Shown in pieces: positions 27,527 to 41,044 of a stretch of 64,000 bases of DNA; the first letter of the stretch is position 1; each line of letters starts with the position of its first letter. The position numbers were made by a program, and so were the translations under genes. Source of the stretch: Octopus bimaculoides (taxonomy: Eukaryota); NCBI RefSeq assembly GCF_001194135.2, contig NC_068985.1, positions 94,052,547 to 94,116,546 on the forward strand. Reading direction: 5' to 3'. Below the pieces are notes generated by a model. The model had not been told where the DNA came from and did no database searches. It worked only from the letters and a program-made list of their open reading frames with translations.

Positions 27527-28325
27527 AAAAGCTGCTCTTGGAAAACATCGGCCATGGGATCTTCACCATTTCGAGAATTAATTTTGCAGCAGATGGATAA
27601 TTAAAGTGGAGAATCATTCTGCGAATATTCTGCGATGAAGCAGATATCTTCATTATGGCATGGCATTATCTGGACAATAATTACAATCACAGTATCTCAC
27701 TTAAGTCAAACATGCATTCATCAATTCTGCTCGAAATTTCAAGTCTATCTTTCATTTATACTAATACTTGACATAGATTCGAAACAACTGATTTTCAATT
27801 CTGCTAGAGGCCTGCAATGACCGGTCTTTAAGCCTCTAAATCAACGAGAACGTTTTACCAATCGGAAATCGTTTAAGCACAACCCGTGATGATGCAAAAG
27901 CAGTCAGTCATACTGTTTTCTGTTTACACCTGGAAATCATGATATTCCTGACAATTAGCAATCCGTAAATAACAAACTCATATGGCCGCTTGGTTTTGCC
28001 TCTGCCAGAGGTGTAATCATAATCATATCAAATCACACGTCGCAAAGCTTACTCTCTGTATCAAAGTTTTAAACCCTTCAATATGTGGTCAACGACAGCA
28101 ATTTAGTGCTGGCTCAACAACTACAACAATTGATAGAAATATGTTTTAGAACAGGCTTTCAAGGCTGGAATGTATATTCATAGGTGGGGTTCAAATCGCA
28201 GTGATTTCCTCTGATATAATCTCAACATATTGTACGTATCTCATATATTTCTTTCCACTGTTGGCAGAAGGCCTTGTCGATAACATCGAGCCAAATAGTT
28301 AATTGCTACTTAATTTGTAAATACG

Positions 28326-28421
28326 GAAAAGATGAAAAGCAAAGTCGACCCTTGCAGCCTACATAAAACTGGAATAAATAGCGCTAAACATATTCCCCGG
28401 CGTGCTAATGAATCTGCCAAC
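28326..28421 (-). mobile_element. Family M SINE fragment
   Basis: gatgaaaagcaaagtcgacc...ccggcgtgctaatgaatctgcca. Confidence 0.6.
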
Positions 28422-31394
28422 GAACTGGGTTTATGTATCTCGTATGCTGCTATGCTGTTTTCGGACACTTCTAAAAGTTGCACAAGCAATCAAAACATCA
28501 CATTCTTTCATACCTACTGCATGTATCAGCACAGAAATGATTCAAGAGATTCAGTTGGAGTGTCTATGCACGTTCTATTCAAATGCAATTTTGATTATAT
28601 TGGTGTATTCTCTATGCATTAATTGACACACGATCCAGATATCTGTCGCGGCAAATTACCAGCTATAATAAATGTAAAAGTATGATAATACGAAACGTTA
28701 ATAACTTTGCATCTAGTTTATTACGCAGGGTCCATTTATTCCAACATATAAATAATAATGCTGATGTACACAATATTCCTAAAGGGCTTGGCAGCAAATT
28801 TCTGTTGACGCATCCTATATAATTTCAAGTATGTTACATAAAATGAAAGAGCAATCAAGTTACTTTCATCACAATAAAATAAGTTATGTAATGAATAGAT
28901 TACTGGCAACAAGCCATTTTACATTTATATGAATTACTGCATTAAATACACAATACGTTTCTGTCGAGTGTTAGGCACTCTATAGTATTTCCCTTCATGA
29001 ACTGATGCTTTTACGTTGACCAGCTCGCCCAAATGCATTGATGATAATTTCAATTGCTTAAATTGGCAGTCATATACAAGCAAACATGCCAGGCTCTCCG
29101 ATTTGAATTAGCTAAATAAAAATACCAGCTACATACGAACCGAAATAGGTATTTTCATGTGGCCGTTTGATCTGCTGAAAATAGCAGCGAAATCCTCCCC
29201 CCTGTTAAAGTAAAACAGGAAAAGCACGTTCGAAAACATAATCCTGGTGTCTATCAACGTACTATCGTACAGATAGGAGGGTTATTTATGACCGCAATGT
29301 CTATTAACACTAGACACTTCAGCAGTGCAGACATTGGAGTGAAATTACGATGTACTAATAGATAAACAGGAAATTATGTAAATATATGTAAATATAGAAA
29401 TGTTCTGACACATAATAAGAAAACATTTACACATATACAAGCTTGTGCTGAGGTGTATACTTATTTGTTTGTCTCATTGGTCAATATGGTCATAAAGATG
29501 AAACATTGCCAGCAAGACATAGATTATAAATTGTAACTTAATTTAAGCATAAAACGGTTGGCTTAAACTCGTTATTTATTACCATTAAGAGCGGTGAACT
29601 GCAGAATTGCTGAAAATTCTTTGAATGATTCAATTTCTGTTCTTTTAAAATAATGTGATCTAATCTTGCAGTCAAGATTAGTATTTATTCTCTTGAGCTC
29701 GACAAAGTTGATAGGTTCCTTTATAAAATAGTGTTTTTGTAATATCGTCTGCAATCGCTGACAGTAAAATATAGGTAGGGAAGAAATAACACGAGAGAGG
29801 AAAATGTATCTAGAATAAGGAAGGAGATGTGTAAATAAAAATTACAGTATACTACAATAAAAAGGGAAATTAGAGAGGTACTCCGATAAAGTAAATATCG
29901 CGAACGAAAAAGCAGTAGCTGTGCTGAAAACGGTGGGTGAGGGAGGAATACAGTATTGTAAAGCGCAATGGATTAGATACATATGCAAGTGACATTCGAA
30001 CCAACAAGTCAAATATTAAATGAGTTGATATAAAAAGATTTTCCATCGAGGAGATACAAAAATATACATATGTGATTCCACAAAACACAGAAATATAGCA
30101 CCTTAGAATGCTAGAATGCATATATCCGAAATAGATTATTCCAGAATAAAATACAGAGATAACCATGATTAGTGTAATGGTCATGAAGCATTTACACTAT
30201 ACGGGATATTCTGGGATTCAGACAGTACAAATGTATTTCTGTTTGCCCTTTCATCTGACAATTGATGAACGTCGTTGGTTACACGCTTGACACACACAGC
30301 AATTCCTGAGTTCGTTTCGCCAAATAATTATACGCACACATACGTACACGTGTACAGACACGCGCGTGCACTAAACTCACGTTGATGGATGCAACCATCA
30401 AGTCTCACGTGACAGGCTTCATAATTCACACACACACGTGTATGTATATCTGTATATATGTATATGCTTATGTTAAGCATAACCTGTTCGCCAAGTTTCT
30501 TTCAGATGGTATTAGTTAGATAACTGAAGTCTAGATTAAAATCACCTTGAGTACGAATTCTGTAGTGTAACCGAACCTTAAACCGCGTTGTCACAGTGTG
30601 CACTATTTGCAGAAACCCACGCAATCAGGCTAAAATGTAAACTCGTTCAGTTGACTACACAAGAGGTAATTAATCCTGGAATAAATAAGCTGCTGTTCAG
30701 TCATGGTTTTATATGTAGAATAATTGCACTAAACCAATCTTAGCCCATTTGTTCGGAAACGCGTTTCAAACAGAACTTAATAGCTGTGGAATTTCACCGA
30801 TAAATGAGAAGAAATGTTATTAACGTTAATGAAAATCCTTTCTCAGAAATGCAGCGAAGATAACTCCGATATCTAAATTGATTAAACATTAAGTGTATGG
30901 AGTGGGAAGTGTATGTGTCGTTGAACTTTCGCAGATGCTCTGCGAAGAATTTCAATTACAACACTAATCTACTAGCCAATAAAAGCATATACATCTGTTC
31001 GCTGTAAGAAAAACGAAAACGTTCATTAAACTTGTAAATACAATTACATTTTCAAAGGGTAGAAGCTTTGATTTAATGTAACGAACTAAAACTTGTTCGT
31101 GTGGTTGTATAACTATATTTAATGAAACATTAATATCTATTCCATTGTCTGATATTGCTCAAACAGTAACAATTCATTACATTTCATAATTCTATTTTCG
31201 AGCATCTAGCCTCTCAAAGAAAGATTGGTACAGATTAGCCGGGGATAGGGTTAATATTTATCAGCACAATACAGCATAATTATCTGAAAAGCGCACTTAT
31301 AGCTGCGTTGTTAAATATTTCCTTCCAGAAATCACTTTGTCTAGCTATATTGTGGGATACTTTGGTTAAGAATATTCCAGTGAAGCTTCGGGCT

Positions 31395-31888
31395 ACTCAG
31401 TGCTTATTGCATTCCCTATTTGTTCCATATACTTCTCGAGATTTTCGCTCACTGTTCCCAGGGTTCCGACAATTATTGGTACTGCCGCCACCTTTTCCAC
31501 CGGCCACAACTGCTTAAATTACCAAGCTAACCACTTATATCTCTGAACTTTTGTTTCTTCCTTATCGCATACCTTGTTGTCAGCTGGGCATGCTATATCT
31601 ATGATCCAGCATAGTTTATTTTCTTTCTGAATTAAGACTATATCCGGTTGCCTATTCTCTATCTCATGGTCGCACTGAATCATAAAATCCCATAGGATCT
31701 TTGCATATCTATTTTCGACGATGCCTTCAGGTTTGTGGTCGTACCAAGTTTTTTTGCTCTGTCAAGTCCATACTTTTTGCAGTGTGTCCAATGGATAAAC
31801 CTGGCTACATTGTCGTGGTCTCCCTTATATTCCTTCTGGGCTAGTGGCGTACACTGGCTGGTAATATGCCATACGATTTAACTGTGTT
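31395..31888 (-). mobile_element. R4/Dong-type LINE RLE domain, 5'-truncated
   Basis: WHITSQCTPLAQKEYKGDHDNVARFIHW...WYDHKPEGIVENRYAKILWDFMIQCDHEIENRQPDIVLI...IIDIACPAD...VPIIVGTLGTV; PD-D endonuclease motif intact. Confidence 0.92.

Positions 31889-31943
<55 letters not shown>
31889..31943. repeat. (TAG)n microsatellite abutting the LINE truncation point
   Basis: Direct reading. Confidence 0.95.
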
Positions 31944-31944
<1 letters not shown>

Positions 31945-32023
31945 TTTTGTTGTTATTGTTAGTTGCTAATAACGATTCTCTTTAAAACGTAACCGAATGA
32001 ATATGTTACTATATTTGATATTC

Positions 32024-32025
<2 letters not shown>

Positions 32026-32066
<41 letters not shown>

Positions 32067-32116
32067 TACAGAGAGACAGAGAGAGACAGAGAGACAGAGA
32101 GACAGATAGAGAGAGA
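32026..32116. repeat. (AG)n/(AGAC)n microsatellite
   Basis: Direct reading. Confidence 0.9.
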
Positions 32117-32741
32117 TACTAATATTCAACATCGTGAAATTCGAACGAAAGAGATGGCTCCTTGATATCCGGGAATAGCCCCACATGCAAATGACATGAA
32201 AAGGCAAATAAGAACTTCGAAAGATGAAAAATACAAAACAAAGATAACAAAGATACTTTATTGAACACACAAACAAATGGCAGAAATATTTCAGCAAAAA
32301 ACATTGTGTAACCGTCAACGTGAATAACAAACACAATTACAACATGTTTGCAATGATCTATGATTTACAAGTGTGAAGAACACCAATCAAAAAGGCGTGG
32401 AAAAGGAATGAATTTAATCAACGGAATACGAAACTTACTGCTGGGTATCAATAATTAGCTGAAAATAATGTTTTCCTGGCATCGGCTCTATTTTATGTGA
32501 AAATGCTCAGTGAAATAAATAACGATGGACTGTCTTTTCTCTCACATCATCGTGTTCTACTTTAGAATTATGGTTTCTAGTTTTTATTCTGATCTACAAA
32601 ATAGGACAAGAAAGGTGTATTTGATATTAACAAGACCATTGTCTGTGTATTTCTGCTGTAGAAGTATAACATGGAGAGCGAGATTAAGCGGCTTTGAAAC
32701 GCAGGTCGTTGATTGAGAAAATTAAATTTTTCTGCTATATC

Positions 32742-32905
32742 GGCGCAGTCTTGGTTGTGTGGTAAGCAGCTTGTTTCCCAACCACATGGTTTCTACTTCA
32801 GTACTTGTGCGTGGCACATTGGGCAACTATCTTCTACCAGAGACTTGGGCCGACCAAAGCCTTCTGAGTAGACAGAAACTGAGAGAAACCCGTAGTATCT
32901 ATCTA
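32742..32905 (+). mobile_element. Family C SINE 5' half
   Basis: cccaaccacatgg...gcacattgggcaactatcttctac...gggccgaccaaagcctt. Confidence 0.8.
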
Positions 32906-33259
32906 TCTACGAGCGGAAATTTTGTCTATCAGTGTGTATTAACAATGGATTCCATTTCAATGACAATAATTTTTGTGAAACGATCGTAAGATGCATTAAT
33001 TATCAAATTACAAAATTTTAAGCTGTCATGATTCATATATTTATATTTATTTTAAATACAATACTGTTTTAGTCATATATATCTTCGTGAGAATTTTGTT
33101 TGTCTAAATACTTTTATAGTATTAATATTTTTTGACATCTTATATAAAAGCACTCATTATAAATTCAGTGTATAATATTCTAACAGAATATATTTAATTA
33201 ATNNNNNNNNNNTAGAGTGTGTGTGTATGTATATAAATATACATATATACTTATGTCAT

Positions 33260-33481
33260 TGTTTCTGTTTTTGACCCCCACAATTGCTTGACAACTGATG
33301 TTGGCGTGTTTACGTCAACACAATTTCGCGGTTCGGCAAAAGAAACAATAGAATAAGTAGTAGGCTTACAAAACAGAACTGCTGGGGTCGATTTCTTCGG
33401 TTAAAAACCATTTAAGGCATTGCTCTAGCATGGCCACACTCAGATGACTGAAACACCTAAAAGAATGAAAGAATAAAAGAA
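33260..33481 (+). mobile_element. Family C SINE 3' half
   Basis: gcttgacaactgatgttgg...gcggttcggcaaaag...gatgactgaaac...aagaataaaagaa, as in the 53345 copy. Confidence 0.8.
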
Positions 33482-33554
33482 CACTACATATTTTAGAGAT
33501 CTAGAAAAAACAAAAACCAGAGGGAAAGTAAACTTATGCTGAATTTGAACTTAC

Positions 33555-33684
33555 AACCAAATTGTCGGGAAGAGCGCCACCTGTTACAATGTCTGGCCTA
33601 CAAACGTGTTTGACAGCGCGCTGCGTTTGGAATGAGACGTCATAATTAGCCAATACAATTCTCTTCAGCAATTTATCGTTTCTG
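33555..33684 (-). CDS. Best candidate coding exon, unknown protein
   Basis: Acceptor tttttttctaattttatttag|CAG (NAGNAG), consensus donor GTT|gtaagt. 130 nt, GC-richer than its flanks, single open frame RNDKLLKRIVLANYDVSFQTQRAVKHVCRPDIVTGGALPDNLV. Confidence 0.42.
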
Positions 33685-34562
33685 CTAAATAAAATTAGAA
33701 AAAAAATAATTGGAAGCGACAGTAAAAAAAAATTTATCAATGCTTGAATCATAATATAAATCAATACGCCACCGATGCGTTTGAAAACCTACGAATAAAT
33801 TAGCTAAAATATATCTTGAATTAACTCCTGCAAAAATTGAGAAAATAAGAACGAAGGGCCACATCTATTGTTGCTTCAGAATTTATACTACAATTTTCAT
33901 ACGTCTGAAATCGATAAACCGGTCAGTGACAGTGTGTTGTAGTGTGGTAGTGATATGTGTACTAAAAGATATTTATCGATACTTTTTGGCAAAGTCAGCC
34001 AGCCGTGAACTTTTGGGGTCAAAGTAACTATTCATGCACAAGTACATATGATTTTTAAGCTTGACTTATTTAACATTCTATATTGAATATTGAGTTGAAG
34101 GTTTTATAGTTCGAAAATAAAACACTCGGGAGATGAATTTTGTAAAACAGATTTTGTTTTAATTTGATTGTTTACAGGCCATTAAAAAATATACACGCCG
34201 GATATATGAACCGCATATGAATGATTTCCTGTTGTTCTGTTGCCTGATTAATCAATTTATTTTTAATAGAAATGTATATGCTTATAACATATTTTCTGTC
34301 AGGCACTGAGTATTAATCATCTCACATTGCTATTTTGTTGCTGCCAGGCATCATTAGGATAAATATTTGATCTAAAGAGGAAGCTAAGAGAAAGCCGTTA
34401 AATATGGCATATAATATAAAACACCCTCATGTTTGTTCTCGTACCATCTTACCCACTCCTCTGAACATAGCATTCTGAAATTACTAGTCATGTGTTCTTC
34501 GCTTACATTCTTTTAATATGTGTCCTTTGTTTCTCCCACGCTATTTCATTCACTATATATAT

Positions 34563-34597
<35 letters not shown>

Positions 34598-35599
34598 NNN
34601 NNNNNNNNNNNNNNNNNNNNNNNNNNNNNNNNNNNNNNNNNNNNNNNNNNNNNNNNNNNNNNNNNNNNNNNNNNNNNNNNNNNNNNNNNNNNNNNNNNNN
34701 NNNNNNNNNNNNNNNNNNNNNNNNNNNNNNNNNNNNNNNNNNNNNNNNNNNNNNNNNNNNNNNNNNNNNNNNNNNNNNNNNNNNNNNNNNNNNNNNNNNN
34801 NNNNNNNNNNNNNNNNNNNNNNNNNNNNNNNNNNNNNNNNNNNNNNNNNNNNNNNNNNNNNNNNNNNNNNNNNNNNNNNNNNNNNNNNNNNNNNNNNNNN
34901 NNNNNNNNNNNNNNNNNNNNNNNNNNNNNNNNNNNNNNNNNNNNNNNNNNNNNNNNNNNNNNNNNNNNNNNNNNNNNNNNNNNNNNNNNNNNNNNNNNNN
35001 NNNNNNNNNNNNNNNNNNNNNNNNNNNNNNNNNNNNNNNNNNNNNNNNNNNNNNNNNNNNNNNNNNNNNNNNNNNNNNNNNNNNNNNNNNNNNNNNNNNN
35101 NNNNNNNNNNNNNNNNNNNNNNNNNNNNNNNNNNNNNNNNNNNNNNNNNNNNNNNNNNNNNNNNNNNNNNNNNNNNNNNNNNNNNNNNNNNNNNNTATAT
35201 ATATATAAACACACACACACAAACACATATATACGTAGTTTAAGCATATGTATGTTTTATGAAACGACAAGCGCACCAAAATTTTCTTCAAATAATTCTT
35301 ACACTTATAGTCACTGCACTATGTAGATACGCTGTTTCGAAGGAGAAAGAAATAAGTCGCATTGACATAGATCTCTCCCATCAAAACAGACCAGGAAGGA
35401 AAGATTCGAACGCTACTATTATACATACTTAATTATTTACACAACATCAATCAAGTGTAATCGCACGTAATCACGCAGACTCACACACATTTACTTGTGT
35501 ATATTTATTGATCAAACTATTGTGTTTTGATACTGGAACAACAATTTAATAGCCCTGGGCCCGCAACTATTTTTACTAAAGCTGACTTCCCGTTTCCAG

Positions 35600-35668
35600 T
35601 AAACACTGCATCGATTACCGACATTGTTGACAACGAAGTCAACAGTAGACGGACCTTTCTATGGCGAC
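35600..35668 (+). CDS. Candidate 69-nt exon
   Basis: Acceptor gctgacttcccgtttccag, donor GAC|gtgaga; one open frame NTASITDIVDNEVNSRRTFLWR. Confidence 0.2.
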
Positions 35669-35994
35669 GTGAGATAAATTGCTTTTGATGATTAGCATCT
35701 TTGTGTAAATATATACGAACTTACTGCTTGGAATGTTCATTACATGTGAATATATATGTATGAGCACGTAGTTGCCTACGAATATACCTTATGTATGTTA
35801 TATGTGTGTGATTGTACGCGTGTGAGTGCGTGTATCAGCGTGGCAGATGTATCTCCATCCTCAATATATAATTATGTAGATATGTGCGTATATTTGTTCT
35901 GAGTGTTTGTGAATACAATTATACGCGTATATATGTCATTCCATGTATTTATTTTGTTTCTGTGTGTGTACGCATGTAATATATGCTACATACA

Positions 35995-36025
<31 letters not shown>

Positions 36026-36536
36026 TTGTGTGTGTTTTGCAAACAACTTTGCGCATGCAAGTGTTACAAGTCGAAAGCTCTGCATACCGGAAGCCAGTAA
36101 GTCTATGGGGTCATCAAGAGACAATACGCGCCGTTTGGGTGTCTATCTCTTGACAGCATCATTGAACACTGCCCCCAGCCCTGATATGAAGCCCCGCTTG
36201 CTTCATCAACTTGTTATAAAATAAAGTTAAAGTATTTTTCTAGTCATCGTTGAAGGTTTCTGTTTAACAAAATCCAATTGCGAGCTTTTCCCCCTGTAGT
36301 AGGGCTATCGATCATGTTGGTATTTACTTTGCGATGAGTTAGGCCTTACGATAACAACAGTCACCTCACACTTATGTCCAATGAATCCTCTACATCCGAC
36401 TTCGCGGGGAAAATTCTCCGCTTTTCGCCTCTTCAGATTCCTAGAGGAGGTTTACATAACGGTCACTCTTTCGAGCCCGAGCGGCGTCCATGTAATCTTC
36501 ATGAACACACATATATGCTCATATATACATATATGA

Positions 36537-36577
<41 letters not shown>

Positions 36578-37769
36578 NNNNNNNNNNNNNNNNNNNNNNN
36601 NNNNNNNNNNNNNNNNNNNNNNNNNNNNNNNNNNNNNNNNNNNNNNNNNNNNNNNNNNNNNNNNNNNNNNNNNNNNNNNNNNNNNNNNNNNNNNNNNNNN
36701 NNNNNNGTGTGTGTGTGTGTGTGTGCGTGTTTGTGTATATATATATATGTAGATGTATGTATTTGTGTACATATATTTATTTATGAATTGAAGTCAATTC
36801 GTATCCGTTGGTGGAGCGAAATTAATATAATATGCACTTAATTACACGTTCATGATGAGAAATATCTAAGCGCAGCTTTTTACGTAATTCATCCATTGAT
36901 TAATTTATTCTTTCCTTGGTTCCTTTATTCCTTCCTTCATTCCATTTTTTATCCATTTATCGTACTTGTGTTCTGCTCTCGTTCCTCATTACCGCAGTAA
37001 ACCTTTTAGGGAAATAAAGGGAAAAAAATCTATACCAAGGAATCAATTTTCCTTCAGATTAATTTGAAACACTGACGTGCTATATGTGTTGCTACTATTA
37101 TATTCTAGCCAGTCCTTTAAAAGAAATAGCTTTAAATTGCTATCTCAAAATCTCCTTTATTTCTGGTAGCTGTTTTATTGCTTCTTTCGTTATTGTCATT
37201 ATTTAGCCCCAAGTAATCTTTCGTTTGAGGAGACCTATGGGCTATGCTGTCTATTTCTTCCGATGCATAGTATACTCTCGATTATGTTATCCAACCTGTT
37301 CGCCATATTTTAACCCCTTTGTGTGTCAAAATCTTTTTCACGTGTTTGACTTACATGTTAATGTTTGTTTCGAGTCTTTAGCTTCATACGTTCTGAGTAA
37401 TACAGCGCTTTTCTTTCATAATTCCCGAGTTACTCTCCTGGGTTAAAAAAAAGTGCTAATATATATCACAATATATGGTTCTTAGACGTGATACACACGA
37501 CAGGCGAGGAATCGATATGATGGTATTTGAGGTATATTTTGCTACGAATTCCAAAAAGCTAGAATGAACACTTAGAAGCTACTTTATTTCATCCGTAAAT
37601 GTGAAGTGGTGCCTTATTAACTATGTAAAACTGGTTTCACAACTAGTTTCATATCGGTTTTTATCTTCAACGATTTTTACATCAGGCACAAAATATTCTA
37701 TGAGATATCATTTAGAACTCGTTGATTTCTTTTCATTTAATCGTAGAATTTGCCGAATTTGCTTTTATC

Positions 37770-38063
37770 TTACTTATCTTTGTAAGCCTAGTACTCATTC
37801 TATCGGTCGCTTTTGCCGAGCCCCTAAAGTACGAGGACGTAAACACATCAACATCGGTTCTCAAGCGATGGTCATAGTATGTATGTATGTATGTATGTTT
37901 ATATATACGACGGATTTCTTTCAGTTACTATCTACCAAATCCACTCACAAGGCTTTGGTCGGCCCGTGACTATAGAAGACGATACTAGCCCAAGGTGTCA
38001 CGCAGTGGAACTGAACCCAGAATCAAGTGGTTCTCAAGAAAGCTTCTTAGAAGCACATACCAC
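37770..38063 (-). mobile_element. Family C SINE, 3'-truncated, with internal (ATGT)n
   Basis: Reverse complement of the head, core and mid-region of the 53345 copy. Confidence 0.85.
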
Positions 38064-38681
38064 TAAACTTTTCTTCCTCCGAAATAGAGTAACATCTCAA
38101 ATGAAATATACTCTCAATATCAGTATTGTTATTAATGAATTTCTTTAATTCTAACTTTGAACTTATTTGACGAAATCCGAAATGTTATTAAAGTTTAACA
38201 GAATCTGGAGTTAGAAGATTTATCTATCAATTATAGCTTGCTTAATATAAGCACAATACAAGGACACTGACTACCACCAATCATCAGTCCATGACGTATG
38301 TATATTTCCTCAATTATCTAAATATGTAAAATGAAATCTCTTAAGAGGGACTTCTCCAATAAGCACAGTGGACCATTTGTAATATGGTGTTCTGCCTACC
38401 ATGAAATTCATTTCTTTTATAAATAGTTTTATTGTAACTAGCAGGAAGATATTTATGTATATGCATCTAATATTTAGCCTTGTTTCCATGTCAAAGCAGA
38501 CGTTTAACCCTTTTGCTATTTCAGTCATCGAACTTCAACCAAATTGGGGCACCACACTGGAGTGTTTAGTCTAACCGTTCGACTCCATTAGTTATAATTT
38601 AAAGCCTGGTACTTATTAGGTTGTTTGGTTATGTCGAAGGAGAATGTAAATAAACCATGTCATGCCGGTGGTGCAACAAAC

Positions 38682-38714
<33 letters not shown>

Positions 38715-38718
<4 letters not shown>

Positions 38719-38925
38719 GATCGGCCATTATTATGATTGACCGTTGACTGAACACTATTCAATTTTTTTTCTCCCAATTTTTTTTCTCCGTGTTTTTCTC
38801 CTTGTCTCCGTATTCTTTCTGTTGAAGAGCGTAGCTCGAAACGTCAAAGGCTTTCCGTATTCCCGAGCGTCATACTAATATATCCTTTTGTTATTTACAC
38901 CACCTGTCCTCGTCTGTTGTTATTA
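38715..38925 (+). mobile_element. Penelope-like element terminal-repeat fragment inserted at (TA)n
   Basis: Pyrimidine-rich tract followed by a hammerhead-like motif ending GAAACGTC, an arrangement typical of PLE termini. No ORF seen. Confidence 0.55.
38815..38849 (+). ncRNA. Minimal hammerhead-ribozyme-like motif, A6U variant
   Basis: CTTT-CTGTTGAA-GAGC-GTA-GCTC-GAAACGTC-AAAG: stem I CTTT/AAAG, stem II GAGC/GCTC, palindromic stem III ACGT, cleavage triplet GUC. Confidence 0.6.
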
Positions 38926-38990
38926 NNNNNNNNNNGGTTATGTCGAAGGAGAATGTAAATAAACCATGTCATGCCGGTGGTGCAACAAAC

Positions 38991-39031
<41 letters not shown>

Positions 39032-41044
39032 CAGTTTTCGTCTACCAAGTTTACTCAGTAGAAGAGACACAGGAAAGTGAAACCGAGTGCTTACAGAGCA
39101 TGCTTCTTTTCCACATAGCCATACGTGGTCGCCAAAAGCATTTGAGTAGTAATCGAGCTACTTCATCATATTAAGTTTGGTTCCTTTGATCAATTGAAAA
39201 TTGCTTTGTAGTCGTAGAACAATTGGGTTGGTTTGGGGGAGATTTTACATTTTAATTTATTTTCAAAATATGCAATGATGAAGTGAGGAACTTTGAAATC
39301 ACCGACTGAATGTGTATACAATCTATACAAATTCATACTTTGCATAAATTGCATTCATTCCTTATAAATTGACGTAACTTCTCTACAGACTCATAGGCCT
39401 ACGTTTGATAAACATAATTAAAGTCTCTCTGTTAAATCAAATTGATATTTTATATTTCAATATTAAAACCAATTTCGAAATTAATATGCGTGAATTATTT
39501 GACTCATTTTTCGTTAATATAATGTGCTGGCATTGCAAATATGCTGATTCAAGATATGTTAAATCCTTGGTGACGTCCGATGAAAACAAATATCTGTACC
39601 ACTCTATCATAACGTTTTCTTCCATGATTAATTGGCGATATCTGCTGGAAATAATTAATTCCTTTTCGGTCAACAACCGCAAGAGAAACTGAACTAAACA
39701 TAGCAAATCTATAACAATATACCCTTTGTTCTGTGACGGCTGTATCATTACCATTGAGCTGTTATCTATTTAAATTAGGATGCTAGGGGACATGTTACCT
39801 GTACATGGATGTTACGCATTATTTATAAGAAAAAGAAAATTATACGTCGATGATATCTCAACAGGATGCTTCTTCTCGTTACATGGTACTATATCTCATT
39901 CTTTATCTAATTCTAACCATTGTTGTTTTCACACCATAACTGATTTGAACACATTACTCACACAGCTGAAATTCACGAAATGAAAACAATGTCTGTCGCT
40001 ATAATAGTTTCATATTTGAGTACGGGATTGGAAGAAATTTTTGTGAGATTATTTCAATTATTAAACGACTGAAGATAAACAGGTGACACCTAATGTCTAT
40101 GGTAATGGTTTATTATTAAAGTGTAGTATAAGTGCTATTTAGCAATAGTGTTATAATTGCTTTTTATTCATATTATCTTTGTTCAGAAAAGTTTCAACTG
40201 CACAGTTGTTGAAATTAGCAATGAATTAACAATGAATTAACAACAATAAAATCTGATAAAAAATATAAAATTCTTGTTTATCAACTCGAATGGAAATTAA
40301 TTTAAGAATTCTAATTGAGTGAGTTTATGCGAAGCACATTTAAAATACATTAAGTTTGGATTAGAAATGCATTTCTTATCCCACGTACTCAGCATTGTGT
40401 TTTAACTTTAAATAAGCGGGTATGCAGTAATTGCGGCAGTTGTGGCTCAATTGTGTGTGTGTTGGTTGCATCATGACTCGAACTGGTTAACGCAACAGAG
40501 TTAACGACCTTTCAGCAGCATGGAGTGAATGCGCCCTAGTATATATTGAAAAGTTTATCCCTGGGTGAAAGAAATCCAGAAATCCCATGCCCCTCATTGC
40601 GAGATTTTGCTGTTGCTTGTTTCTAAACTACTTCCTTCTGCAGGTGAAAATATTAGAGCGGTCTAGTAGATGCCTTTGTCTTTAATATCAAGGAGAAGAG
40701 GATTTGTCAGTGATGATCGTACATGTCTACGAATTGACAGCCACGTGATATGTATATATGAAGGAATGCATGCATGTATGAGATGCATTCGTATTTTGAA
40801 TTATATTGAATGGTTAAAGAATATTGAATTTAATCACAGCTAATAAAGTACCATTTAACTTGCATTTCTTTGTTGATGCTCGCATTTCACACTGCAGAAA
40901 TCATCAGGTGGGAATCCCTATTAGTTGTCATACCTCTTGTTTTCTAACCATCTTTGAGGATTTGTTCCACTTTTTTACACATCACCATCAAGGCTGTCAG
41001 CAATGCTATTTAACAACCAACAATAACACCACCATCCACACTAC

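Larger units (their letters stand above)
38600..39126 (-). mobile_element. Degenerate family C SINE interrupted at its central (TA)n by a Penelope-like fragment and a gap
   Basis: Mid-region remnant at 38600-38690 and head remnant at 39030-39126. Confidence 0.5.

Noticed and set aside
34492-35326. ORFs of 200-360 aa here and at 21959, 44083, 46241 and 57508
   Set aside because: Their length comes from N-gaps read as X.
36405-36442. Minus-strand CTGAAGA-GGC-GAAA hammerhead-like string
   Set aside because: Stem II cannot form with a 1-nt loop, and stems I and III do not register.
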